A stretch of 64,000 nt of DNA from contig OZ024745.1 of NCBI GenBank assembly GCA_964016885.1, positions 5,208,001 through 5,272,000 on the forward strand, given 5' to 3'. Under the pieces are notes generated by a model. The model saw only the letters and a program-made list of their open reading frames with translations. It was not told the origin of the DNA and did no database searches. Numbering within the stretch: position 1 is the stretch's first letter; each line of letters starts with the position of its first letter. The stretch is from Eledone cirrhosa. Taxonomy: Eukaryota. Of the stretch, positions 27,567 through 41,615 are shown in pieces. A program made the position numbers and the translations under genes.

Positions 27567-30500
27567 AGTAGTATACTTGGTAGAGATGGTAGTATACTAG
27601 GTAGTGATAGTAGTATACTAGGTAGAGATGGTAGTATACTAGGTAGAGATGGTAGTATACTAGGTAGAGATAGTAGTATACTAGGTAATGATGGTAGTAT
27701 ACTAGGTAGATAGTAGTATAATAGGGAGATATTGTAGTATACTAGGTAGAGATAGTAGTACACTAGGTAGAGATGGTAGTATACTAGGTAGAGTTAGTAG
27801 TATACTAGGTAGAGATAGTATACTAGGTAGAGATAGTAGTATACTAGGTAGATATAGTAGTGTACTAGGTAGAGATAGTACTATACTAGGTAGAGATAGT
27901 AGTATACTAGGTAGAGATAGTAGTATATTAGGTAGAGATAGTAGTATACTAGGCAGAGATAGTAGTATACTAGGTAGAGATAGTAGTATACTAGGTAGTG
28001 ATAGTAGTATACTAGGTAGAGATAGTACTATACTATGTAGAAATAGTTGTATACGAGGTAACGATAGTAGTACACTAGGTAGTGATAGTAGTATACTAGG
28101 TAGGGATAGTAGTGTACTAGGTAGAGATAGTAGTATACTAGGTAGATAGTAGTATACTAGGTAGATATAGTAGTATACTTGGTAGAGATGGTAGTATACT
28201 AGGTAGAGATAGTAGTATACTAGGTAGAGATGGTAGTATACTAGGTAGAGATGGTAGTATACTAGGTAGAGATGGTAGTATACTATGTAGAGATGGTAGT
28301 ATTCTAGGTAGAGATAGTATACTAGGTAGAGATAGTAGTATACTAGGTAGGGATAGTGGTGTACTAGGTAGAGATAGTACTATACTAGGTAGAGATGGTA
28401 GTATACTAGGTAGAGATAGTAGTATACTAGGTAGATAGTAGTATACCAGGTAGAGATAGTAGTATACTAGGTAGAGATAGTAGTATACTAGGTAGAGATG
28501 GTAGTATACTAGGTAGAGATAGTAGTATACTAACAAGAGATAGTAGTATACTAGGTAGAGATAGTACTATACTAGGTAGAGATGGTAGCATACTAGGTAT
28601 AGTTAGTAGTATACTAGGTAGAGATGGTAGTATATTAGGTAGATATAGTACTATACTAGGTAGAGATAGTAGTATACTAGGTAGAGATGGTAGTATACTA
28701 GGTAGAGATAGTAGTATACTAGGTAGAGATTGTAGTATACTAGGTAGAGATGGTAGTACACTAGGTAGAGATAATAGTGTACTCGGGAGTGATAGTACTA
28801 TACTAGGTAGAGATAGTAGTGTACTAGGTAGAGATAGTAGTATACTAGGTAGAGATAGTAGTATACAAGGTAGTGATGGTAGTATACTAGGTAGAGGTAA
28901 TAGTGTACTAGGGAGAGATAGTACAATACTAGTTAGAGATAGTAGTGTACTAGGTAGAGATAGTAGTATACTAGGTAGAGATAGTAGTATACTAGATAGA
29001 GATATTAGTGTACTAGGTATAGATAGTAGTATACTAGGTAGAGATGGTAGTATACTAGGTAGAGTTATTAGTATACTAGGTAGAGATGGTAGTATACTAG
29101 GTAGAGATAGTAGTATACTAGGTAGTGATAGTAGCATACTAGGTAGAGATGGAAGTATACTAGGTAGAGATAGTAGTATACTAGGTAGAGATAGTAGTAT
29201 ACTAGGTAGATGGTAGTATACTAGGTAGAGATAGTAGTATACTAGGTAGATAGTAGTATACTAGGTAGAGATATTAGTATACTAGGTAGAGATGGTAGTA
29301 TACTAGGTAGAGATAGTAGTATACTAGGTAGATAGTAGTATACTAGGTAGAGATAGTACTATACTAGGTAGAGATGGTAGCATACTAGGTATAGTTAGTA
29401 ATATACTAGGTAGAGATGGTAGTATATTAGGTAGAGATAGTACTATACTAGGTAGAGATAGTAGTATACCAAGTAGAGATAGTAGTATACTAGGTAGAGA
29501 TGGTAGTATACTAGGTAGAGATAGTAGTATACTAGGTAGAGATGGTAGTATACTAGGTAGAGATAGTAGTATACTAGGTAGAGATAGTAGTATACTAGGT
29601 AGAGATAATAGTGTACTAGGGAGAGATAGTACTATACTAGCTAGAGATAGTAGTGTACTAGGTAGAGATAGTAGTATACTAGGTAGAGATGGTAGTATAT
29701 TAGGTTGAGATAGTATACTAGGTAGAGTTAGTAGTATACTGGGTAGAGATAGTAGTATACTAGGTAGAGATAGTACTATACTAGGTAGAGATGGTAGTAT
29801 ACTAGGTAGAGATGGTAGTATACTAGGTAGAGATAGTAGTATACTAGGTAGAGATAGTAGTGTACTAGGTAGAGATAGTACTATACTAGGTAGAGATAGT
29901 AGTACACTAGGTAGTGATAGTAGTATACTAGGTAGATATAGTAGTATACTAGGTAGAGATGGTAGTATACTAGGTAGAGATAGTAGTATACTAGGTAGAG
30001 ATAGTAGTATACTAGGTAGAGATAGTAGTATACTAGGTAGAGATAGTAGTATACTAGGTAGAGATAGCAGTATATTAGGTAGAGATAGTAGTATACTAGG
30101 TAGAGATGGTAGTATACTAGGTAGAGATAGTATACGAGGTAGATATAGTAGTATATTAGGTAGTGATAGTAGTATACTAGGTAGAGATGGCAGTATACTA
30201 GGTAGAGATAGTAGTATACTAGCTAGAGATGGTAGTATACTAGGTAGAGATAGTAGTATACTAGGTAGAGATAGTAGTATACTAGGTAGAGATAGTACTA
30301 TACTAGGTAGAGATGGTAGTATACTAGGTAGAGATAGTATTCTAGGTAGAGATAGTACTATACTAGGTAGAGATTGTAGTATACTTGGTGGAGATAGTAC
30401 TATACTAGGTAGAGGTAGTAGTATACTAGGTAGAGATAGTAGTATACTAGGTAGAGATAGTACTATACTAGGTAGAGATAGTAGTATACTAGGTAATGAT

Positions 30501-32189
30501 GGTAGTATACTAGGTAGATAGTAGTATAATAGGGAGATATTGTAGTATACTAGATAGAGATAGTAGTACACTAGGTAGAGATAGTAGTATACTAGGTAGA
30601 GATGGTAGTATACTAGGTAGGGATAGTAGTATACTAGGTAGAGACAGCAGTATACTAGGTAGATATAGTAGTATACTAGGTAGAGATAGTAGTGTACTAG
30701 GGAGAGATAGTAGTATACTCGGTAGAGATAGTAGTATACCAAGTAGAGATGGTAGTATACTAGGTAGAGTTAGTAGTATACTAGGTAGAGATAGTAGTAT
30801 ACTAGGTAGAGATGGTAGTATACTAGGTAGGGATAGCAGTATAGTAGGTAGATATAGTAGTATATTAGGTAGAGATACTAGTGTACTAGGGAGAGATAGT
30901 AGTATACTAGGTAGAGATAGTAGTATACTAGGTAGAGATAGTAGTATACTAGGTAGAGATAGTAGTATACTAGGTAGAGATAGCAGTATAGTAAGTAGAT
31001 ATAGTAGTATACTAGGTAGAGATAGTAGTATACTAGGCAGAGATAGTAGTATACTAGTTAGAGATAGTAGTTTACTAAGTAGAGATAGTAGTATACTAGG
31101 TAGAGATGGTAGTATACTAGGTAGAGATGGTAGTATACTAGGTAGAGATAGTAGTATACTAGTTAGAGATAGTAGTATATTAGGTAGAGATAGTAGTATA
31201 CTAGGTAGAGGTAGTAGTATACTAGGTAGAGATAGTAGTATACTAGGTAGTGATAGTAGTATACTAGGTAGAGATAGTAGTATACTAGGTAGAAATAGTT
31301 GTATACGCGGTAACGATAGTAGTACACTAGGTAGTGATAGTAGTATACTAGGTAGGGATAGTAGTGTACTAGGTAGAGATAGTAGTATACTAGGTAGATA
31401 GTAGTATACTAGGTAGATATAGTAGTATTCTCGGTAGAGATGGTAGTATACTAGGTAGAGATAGTAATATACTAGGTAGAGATGGTAGTATACTAGGTAG
31501 AGATGGTAGTATACTATGTAGAGATGGTAGTATACTAGGTAGAGATAGTATACTAGGTAGAGATAGTAGTATACTAGGTAGAGATAGTAGTGTACTAGGT
31601 AGATATAGTACTATACTAGGTAGAGATGGTAGTATACTAGGTAGAGATAGTAGTATACTAGATAGAGATGGTAGTATACTAGGTAGAGATAGTATACTAG
31701 GTAGAGTTAGTAGTATACTAGGCAGAGATGGTAGTATACTAGGTAGAGATAGTACTATACTAGGTAGAGATGGTAGTATACTAGGTAGATATGGTCGTAT
31801 ACTAGGTAGAGTTAGTAGTATACTAGGTAGAGATAGTAGTGTACTAGGTAGAGATAGTACTATAGTAGGTAGAGATAGTAGTACACTAGGTAGTGAGAGT
31901 AGTATACTAGTTAGATATAGTAGTATACTAGGTAGAGATGGTAGTATACTAGGTAGAGATAGTAGTATACTAGGTAGAGATGGCAGTATACTAGGTAGAG
32001 ATAGTAGTATACTAGGTAGAGATGGTAGTATACTAGGTAGAGATAGTAGTATACTAGGTAGAGATAGCAGTATACTAGGTAGAGATAGTACTATACTAGG
32101 TAGAGATAGTAGTATACTAGGTGGAGATAGTACTATACTAGGTAGAGGTAGTAGTATACTAGCTAGAGATAGTAGTATACTAGGTAGAG

Positions 32190-33120
32190 ATAGTACTATA
32201 CTAGGTAGAGATAGTAGTGTACTAGGTAGAGATAGTAGTATACTAGGTATAGATAGTAGTATACTAGGTAGAGATAGTACTATACTAGGTAGAGATAGTA
32301 GTATACTAGGTAGAGATAGTAGTATACTAGGGAGAGATAGTACTATACTAGGTAGAGATAGTAGTATACTAGGTAGTGATAGTAGTATACCAAGTAGAGA
32401 TGGTAGTATACTAGGTAGAGTTAGTAGTATACTAGGTAGAGATAGTAGTTTACTAGGTAGAGATGGTAGTATACTAGGTAGAGATAGTAGTATACTAGGT
32501 AATGATGGTAGTATACTAGGTAGATAGTAGTATACTAGGTAGAGATGGTAGTATACTAGGTAGGGATAGTAGTATACTAGGTAGAGATAGCAGTATACTA
32601 GGTAGAGATAGTAGTATACTAGGTAGAGATGGTAGTATACTAGGTAGAGATGTTAGTATACTAGGTAGAGATAGTAGTATACTAGGTAGAGATAGTAGTA
32701 TACTAGGTAGAGATAGTAGTATACTAGTTAGAGATAGTAGTATACTAGGTAGAGATAGTAGTATACTAGGTAGAGATAGTAGTATACTAGGTAGAGATAG
32801 TAGTATACTAGTTAGAGATAGTAGTATACTAGGTAGAGATAGTACTATACTAGGTAGAGATAGTAGTGTACTAGGTAGAGATAGTAGTATACTAGGTATA
32901 GATAGTAGAATACTAGGTAGAGATAGTACTATACTAGGTAGAGATAGTAGTATACTAGGTAGAGATAGTAGTATACTAGGGAGAGATAGTACTATACTAG
33001 GTAGAGATAGTAGTATACTAGGTAGTGATAGTAGTATACCAAGTAGAGATGGTAGTATACTAGGTAGAGTTAGTAGTATACTAGGTAGAGATAGTAGTTT
33101 ACTAGGTAGAGATGGTAGTA
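32190..33120. repeat. Duplicate block of about 270 bp, offset 649 bp
   Basis: gatagtagtttact at 32441 and 33090, with the same upstream variants (ggtatagat, gggagag, gtgat...taccaag). Confidence 0.75.
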
Positions 33121-36059
33121 TACTAAGTAGAGATAGTAGTATACTAGGTAGAGATGGTAGTATACTAGGTAGAGATAGTAGTATACTAGGGAGAGATAGT
33201 AATATACTAGGTAGAGATGGTAGTATACTAGGTAGAGTTAGTAGTATACTAGGTAAAGATAGCAGTATAGTAGGTAGATATAGTAGTATACTAGGTAGAG
33301 ATAGTAGTATACTAGGTAGAGATAGTAGTATACTAGGTAGAGATAGTAGTATACTAGGTAGAGATAGCAGTATAGTAGGTAGATATAGTAGTATACTAGG
33401 TAGAGATAGTTGTATACTAGGCAGAGATAGTAGTATACTAGGTAGAGATAGTAGTATATTAGGTAGAGATAGTAGTATACTAGGTAGAGATAGTAGTATA
33501 CTAGGTAGAGATAGTAGTATACTAGGTAGAGATAGTATTATACTAGGTAGAGATGCTACTATACTAGGTAGAGATGGTAATATACTAGGTAGATAGTAGT
33601 ATACTAGGCAGAGATAGTACTATACTAGGTAGATATAGTAGTATACGAGGTAACGATAGTAGTACACTAGGTAGTGATAGTAGTATACTAGGTAGGGATA
33701 GTAGTGTACTAGGTAGAGATAGTAGTATACTAGGTAGATAGTAGTATACTAGGTAGATATAGTAGTATACTAGGTAGAGATAGTAGTATACTAGGTAGAG
33801 ATGGTAGTATACTAGGTAGAGATAGTAGTATACTAGGAAGAGATAGTAGTATACTAGGTAGAGATAGTAGTATACTAGGTAGGGATAGTAGTGTACTAGG
33901 TAGAGATAGTACTATACTAGGTAGAGATGGTAGTATACTAGGTAGAGATAGTAGTATACTAGGTAGATAGTAGTATACTAGGTAGATATAGTAGTGTACT
34001 AGGGAGAGATAGTAGTATACTAGGTAGAGATGGTAGTATACTAGGTAGAGATAGTATACTAGGTAGAGTTAGTAGTATACTAGGTAGAGATGGTAGTATA
34101 CTAGGTAGAGATAGTACTATACTAGGTAGAGATGCTAGTATACTAGGTAGAGATGGTAGTATACTAGGTAGAGATAGTAGTATACTAGGTAGAGATAGTA
34201 GTATACTAGGTAGAGATAGTAGTATACTAGGTAGAGATAGTAGTGTACTAGGGAGAGATAGTAGTATACTAGGTAGAGATAGTAGTATACTAGGTAGAGA
34301 TAATAGTATACTAGGTAGAGATAGTAGTATACTAGTTAGAGATAGTAGTATACTGGGTAGAGATAGTAGTATACTAGGTAGAGATAGTAGTATACTAGGT
34401 AGAGATAGTAGTATACTAGTAGTATACTAGGTAGAGATAGTAGTATACTAGTTAGAGATGGTAGTATACTAGGTAGAGTTAGTAGTATACTAGGTAGAGA
34501 TGGTAGTATACTAGGGAGAGATAGTATACTAGTTAGAGATAGTAGTGTACTAGGTAGAGATAGTAGTATACTAGGTATAGATAGTAGTATACTAGGTAGA
34601 GATAGTAGTATACTAGGTAGAGATAGTAGTATAATAGGTAGAGATAGTAGTATACTAGTTAGAGATGGTACTATACTAGGTAGAGTTAGTAGTATACTAG
34701 GTAGAGATAGTAGTATACTAGGTAGAGATATTACAATACTAGGGAGAGATAGTACTATACTAGGTAGAGATGGTAGTATACTAGGTAGAGATAGTAGTAT
34801 ACTAGGTAGAGATAGTAGTATACTAGGTAGAGTTAGTAGTATACTAGGTAGAGATAGTAGTATACTAGGTAGAGTTAGTAGTATACTAGGTAGAGATAGT
34901 AGTATACTAGGTAGAGATAGTACTATACTAGGTAGAGATGGTAATATACTAGGTAGAGATAGTAGTATACTAGGTAGAGATAGTAGTATATTAGGTAGAG
35001 ATAGTAGTGTACTAGGGAGAGATAGTACTTTACTAGGTAGATATAGTAGTATACTAGGTAGAGATAGTAGTATACTAGGTAGTGATAGTAGTATACTAGG
35101 TAGAGATGGTAGTATACTAGGAAGTGATAGTAGTATTCTAGGTAGAGATAGTAGTATACTAGGTAGGGATAGTAGTGTACTAGGTAGAGATAGTACTATA
35201 CTAGGTAGATAGTAGTATACTAGGTAGATATAGTAGTATACTAGGTAGAGATAGTAGTATACTAGGTAGAAATAGTTGTATATGAGGTAACGATAGTAGT
35301 ATACTAGGTAGGGATAGTAGTGTACTAGGTAGAGATAGTAGTATACTAGGTAGATAGTAGTATACTAGGTAGATATAGTAGTATACTAGGTAGAGATAGT
35401 AGTATACTAGGTAGAGATGGTAGTATACTAGGAAGAGATAGTAGTATACTAGGTAGAGATAGTAGTATACTAGGTAGGGATAGTAGTGTACTAGGTAGAG
35501 ATAGTACTATACTAGGTAGAGATGGTAGTATACTAGGTAGAGATAGTATACTAGGTAGAGTTAGTAGTATACTAGGTAGAGATGGTAGTATACTAGGTAG
35601 AGATAGTACTATACTAGGTAGAGATGCTAGTATACTAGGTAGAGATGGTTGTATACTAGGTAGAGATAGTAGTATACTAGGTAGAGATAGTAGTGTACTA
35701 GGTAGAGATAGTACTATACTGGGTAGAGATAGTAGTATACTAGTTAGAGATAGTAGTATACTAGGTAGAGATAGTAGTATACTAGGTAGAGATAGTAGTG
35801 TACTAGGTAGAGATAATAGTATACTAGGTAGAGATAGTAGTGTACTAGGGAGAGATAGTAGTGTACTAGGGAGAGATAGTAGTATATTAGGTAGAGATAG
35901 TAGTGTACTAGGTAGAGATAGTAGTATACTAGGTAGAGATAGTAGTGTACTAGGGAGAGATAGTAGTATACTAGGTAGAGATAGTAGTATACTAGGTAGA
36001 GATAATAGTATACTAGGTAGAGATAGTAGTATACTAGGTAGAGTTAGTAGTATACTAGG

Positions 36060-39000
36060 TAGAGTTAGTAGTATACTATTTAGAGATGGTAGTATACTAG
36101 GTAGAGTTAGTAGTATACTAGGTAGAGATAGTAGTATACTAGGTAGAGATATTACAATACTAGGGAGAGATAGTACTATACTAGGTAGAGATGGTAGTAT
36201 ACTAGGTAGAGATAGTAGTATACTAGGTAGAGATAGTAGTATACTAGGTAGAGATAGTAGTGTACTAGGTAGAGATAGTAGTATACTAGGTAGAGATGGT
36301 AGTATACTAGGTAGAGATGCTAGTATACTAGGTAGAGATAGTAGGTAGAGATAGTAGTGTACTAGGTAGAGATAGTACTATACTAGGTAGAGATAGTAGT
36401 ATACTAGTTAGAGATAGTAGTATACTAGGTAGAGATAGTAGTATACTAGGTAGAGATAGTAGTGTACTAGGTAGAGATAGTAGTATTCTAGGTATAGATA
36501 GTAGTATACTATGTAGAGATAGTACTATACTAGGTAGAGATAGTAGTATACCAGGTAGAGATAGTAGTATACTAGGTAGAGATAGTAGTATACTAGGTAG
36601 AGATAGTAGTACACTAGGTAGAGATAGTAGTATACTAGGGAGAGATAGTAGTATACTAGGTAGAGATAGTACTATACTAGGTAGAGATAGTAGTATACTA
36701 GGTAGAGTTAGTAGTATACTAGGTAGAGATAGTAGTATACTAATTAGAGATAGTAGTATACTAGGTAGAGATAGTAGTATACTAAGTAGAGTTAGTAGTA
36801 TACTAGGTAGAGATAGTAGTATAGTAGGTAGAGATAGTAGTATACCAGGTAGAGATAGTAGTACACTAGGTAGATAGTAGTATACTAGGTATAGACAGTA
36901 GTATACTAGGTAGAGATAGTAGTGTACTAGGTAGAGATAGTAGTATACTAGGTATAGATAGTAGTATACTAGGTAGAGATAGTAGTGTACTAGGGAGAGA
37001 TAGTACTATACTAGGTAGAGATAGTAGTATACTAGGTAGAGATAGTAGTATACTAGGTAGAGATAGTAGTGTACTAGGGCGAGATAGTAGTATACTAGGT
37101 AGAGATAGTAGTATACTAGGTAGAGATAATAGTATACTAGGTAGAGATAGTAGTATACTAGGTAGAGATAGTAGTATACTGGGTAGAGATAGTAGTATAC
37201 TAGGTAGAGATAGTAGTATACTAGGTAGAGATAGTAGTATACTAGGTAGAGATAGTAGTATACTAGGTAGAGATAGTAGTATACTAGTTAGAGATGGTAG
37301 TATACTAGGTAGAGTTAGTAGTATACTAGGTAGAGATACTAGTATACTAGGTAGAGATATTACAATACTAGGGAGAGATAGTATTATACTAGGTAGAGAT
37401 AGTAGTATACTAGGTAGAGTTAGTAGTATACTAGGTAGAGATAGTAGTATACTAGGTAGAGATAGTAGTATACTAGGTAGAGTTAGTAGTATACTAGGTA
37501 GAGATAGTAGTATACTAGGTAGAGTTAGTAGTATACTAGGTAGAGATAGTAGTATACTAGGTAGAGATGGTAGTATACTAGGTAGAGATAGCAGTATAGT
37601 AGGTAGATATAGTAGTATACTAGGTAGAGATACTAGTGTACTAGGGAGAGATAGTAGTATACTAGGTAGAGATAGTAGTATACTAGGTAGAGATAGTAGT
37701 ATACTAGGTAGAGATAGTAGTATACTAGGTAGAGATAGCAGTATAGTAGGTAGATATAGTAGTATACTAGGTAGAGATAGTAGTATACTAGGCAGAGATA
37801 GTAGTATACTAGTAGAGATAGTAGTATACTAGGTAGAGATGGTAGTATACTAGGTAGAGATGGTAGTATACTAGGTAGAGATGGTAATATACCAGGTAGA
37901 GATAGTAGTATATTAGGTAGAGATAGTAGTGTACTAGGGAGAGATGGTAGTATACAAGGTAGAGATAGTACTATACTAGGTAGATATAGTAGTATACTAG
38001 GTAGAGATAGTAGTATACTAGGCAGAGATAGTAGTATACTAGTAGAGATAGTACTATACTAGGTAGATATAGTAGTATACTAGGTAGAGATAGTAGTATA
38101 CTAGGTAGAGATAGTAGTATACTAGGTAGTGATAGTAGTATACTAGGTAGAGATAGTAGTATACTAGGTAGAAATAGTTGTATACAAGGTAACGATAGTA
38201 GTACACTAGGTTGTGATAGTAGTATACTAGGTAGGGATAGTAGTGTACTAGGTAGAGATAGTAGTATACTAGGTAGATAGTAGTATACTAGGTAGATATA
38301 GTAGTATACTAGGTAGAGATAGTAGTATACGAGGTAGAGATGGTAGTATACTAGGTAGAGATAGTAGTATACTGGGAAGAGATAGTAGTATACTAGGTAG
38401 AGATAGTAGTATACTAGGTAGGGATAGTAGTGTACTAGGTAGAGATAGTACTATACTAGGTAGAGATGGTAGAATACTAGGTAGAGATAGTAGTATACTA
38501 GGTAGATAGTAGTATACTAGGTAGATATAGTAGTATACTAGGTAGAGATAGTAGTGTACTAGGTAGAGATAGTAGTATACTAGGTAGAGATGGTAGTATA
38601 CTAGGTAGAGATAGTATACTAGGTACAGTTAGTAGTATACTAGGTACACATGGTAGTATACTAGGTAGAGATAGTACTATACTAGGTAGAGATGCTAGTA
38701 TACTAGGTAGAGATGGTAGTATACTAGGTAGAGATAGTAGTATATTAGGTAGAGATAGTAGTGTACTAGGTAGAGATATTACAATACTAGGGAGAGATAG
38801 TACTATACTAGGTAGAGATGGTAGTATACTAGGTAGAGATAGTAGTATACTAGGTAGAGATAGTAGTATACTAGGTAGAGATAGTAGTGTACTAGGTAGA
38901 GTTAGTAGTATACTATTTAGAGATGGTAGTATACTAGGTAGAGTTAGTAGTATACTAGGTAGAGATAGTAGTATACTAGGTAGAGATATTACAATACTAG

Positions 39001-41615
39001 GGAGAGATAGTACTATACTAGGTAGAGATGGTAGTATACTAGGTAGAGATAGTAGTATACTAGGTAGAGATAGTAGTATACTAGGTAGAGATAGTAGTGT
39101 ACTAGGTAGAGATAGTAGTATACTAGGTAGAGATGGTAGTATACTAGGTAGAGATGCTAGTATACTAGGTAGAGATAGTAGGTAGAGATAGTAGTGTACT
39201 AGGTAGAGATAGTACTATACTAGGTAGAGATAGTAGTATACTAGTTAGAGATAGTAGTATACTAGGTAGAGATAGTAGTATACTAGGTAGAGATAGTAGT
39301 GTACTAGGTAGAGATAGTAGTATTCTAGGTATAGATAGTAGTATACTATGTAGAGATAGTACTATACTAGGTAGAGATAGTAGTATACCAGGTAGAGATA
39401 GTAGTATACTAGGTAGAGATAGTAGTATACTAGGTAGAGATAGTAGTACACTAGGTAGAGATAGTAGTATACTAGGGAGAGATAGTAGTATACTAGGTAG
39501 AGATAGTACTATACTAGGTAGAGATAGTAGTATACTAGGTAGAGTTAGTAGTATACTAGGTAGAGATAGTAGTATACTAATTAGAGATAGTAGTATACTA
39601 GGTAGAGATAGTAGTATACTAAGTAGAGTTAGTAGTATACTAGGTAGAGATAGTAGTATAGTAGGTAGAGATAGTAGTATACCAGGTAGAGATAGTAGTA
39701 CACTAGGTAGATAGTAGTATACTAGGTATAGACAGTAGTATACTAGGTAGAGATAGTAGTGTACTAGGTAGAGATAGTAGTATACTAGGTATAGATAGTA
39801 GTATACTAGGTAGAGATAGTAGTGTACTAGGGAGAGATAGTACTATACTAGGTAGAGATAGTAGTATACTAGGTAGAGATAGTAGTATACTAGGTAGAGA
39901 TAGTAGTGTACTAGGGCGAGATAGTAGTATACTAGGTAGAGATAGTAGTATACTAGGTAGAGATAATAGTATACTAGGTAGAGATAGTAGTATACTAGGT
40001 AGAGATAGTAGTATACTGGGTAGAGATAGTAGTATACTAGGTAGAGATAGTAGTATACTAGGTAGAGATAGTAGTATACTAGGTAGAGATAGTAGTATAC
40101 TAGGTAGAGATAGTAGTATACTAGTTAGAGATGGTAGTATACTAGGTAGAGTTAGTAGTATACTAGGTAGAGATACTAGTATACTAGGTAGAGATATTAC
40201 AATACTAGGGAGAGATAGTATTATACTAGGTAGAGATAGTAGTATACTAGGTAGAGTTAGTAGTATACTAGGTAGAGATAGTAGTATACTAGGTAGAGAT
40301 AGTAGTATACTAGGTAGAGTTAGTAGTATACTAGGTAGAGATAGTAGTATACTAGGTAGAGTTAGTAGTATACTAGGTAGAGATAGTAGTATACTAGGTA
40401 GAGATGGTAGTATACTAGGTAGAGATAGCAGTATAGTAGGTAGATATAGTAGTATACTAGGTAGAGATACTAGTGTACTAGGGAGAGATAGTAGTATACT
40501 AGGTAGAGATAGTAGTATACTAGGTAGAGATAGTAGTATACTAGGTAGAGATAGTAGTATACTAGGTAGAGATAGCAGTATAGTAGGTAGATATAGTAGT
40601 ATACTAGGTAGAGATAGTAGTATACTAGGCAGAGATAGTAGTATACTAGTAGAGATAGTAGTATACTAGGTAGAGATGGTAGTATACTAGGTAGAGATGG
40701 TAGTATACTAGGTAGAGATGGTAATATACCAGGTAGAGATAGTAGTATATTAGGTAGAGATAGTAGTGTACTAGGGAGAGATGGTAGTATACAAGGTAGA
40801 GATAGTACTATACTAGGTAGATATAGTAGTATACTAGGTAGAGATAGTAGTATACTAGGCAGAGATAGTAGTATACTAGTAGAGATAGTACTATACTAGG
40901 TAGATATAGTAGTATACTAGGTAGAGATAGTAGTATACTAGGTAGAGATAGTAGTATACTAGGTAGTGATAGTAGTATACTAGGTAGAGATAGTAGTATA
41001 CTAGGTAGAAATAGTTGTATACAAGGTAACGATAGTAGTACACTAGGTTGTGATAGTAGTATACTAGGTAGGGATAGTAGTGTACTAGGTAGAGATAGTA
41101 GTATACTAGGTAGATAGTAGTATACTAGGTAGATATAGTAGTATACTAGGTAGAGATAGTAGTATACGAGGTAGAGATGGTAGTATACTAGGTAGAGATA
41201 GTAGTATACTGGGAAGAGATAGTAGTATACTAGGTAGAGATAGTAGTATACTAGGTAGGGATAGTAGTGTACTAGGTAGAGATAGTACTATACTAGGTAG
41301 AGATGGTAGAATACTAGGTAGAGATAGTAGTATACTAGGTAGATAGTAGTATACTAGGTAGATATAGTAGTATACTAGGTAGAGATAGTAGTGTACTAGG
41401 TAGAGATAGTAGTATACTAGGTAGAGATGGTAGTATACTAGGTAGAGATAGTATACTAGGTACAGTTAGTAGTATACTAGGTACTCATGGTAGTATACTA
41501 GGTAGAGATAGTACTATACTAGGTAGAGATGCTAGTATACTAGGTAGAGATGGTAGTATACTAGGTAGAGATAGTAGTATATTAGGTAGAGATAGTAGTG
41601 TACTAGGTAGAGATA
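36060..41615. repeat. Two near-identical tandem copies of a 2837-bp higher-order repeat
   Basis: tactattt at 36074 and 38911. 13-bp monomer at 36331 and 39168. aggtacagtt at 38621 and 41458. Confidence 0.92.

Larger units (their letters stand above)
1..30800. repeat. Left subfamily domain, rich in the GATGGTAGT (A>G) monomer
   Basis: Frequent runs of gatggtagt monomers. Diagnostic variants ctagcaagag, ggtagcatactaggtatagtt, gagattgtag, agtaaact and taatagggagatattg were seen only here. Confidence 0.85.

Noticed and set aside
1653-30742. Long minus-strand ORFs (LPSILLS heptads, up to 1916 aa) resembling leucine-rich or membrane proteins
   Set aside because: They are the translation of a stop-free frame of the 21-mer. 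They have no unique domains, their starts come from chance variants, their ends mostly come from 19-bp frameshift monomers, and the common variants are non-synonymous.
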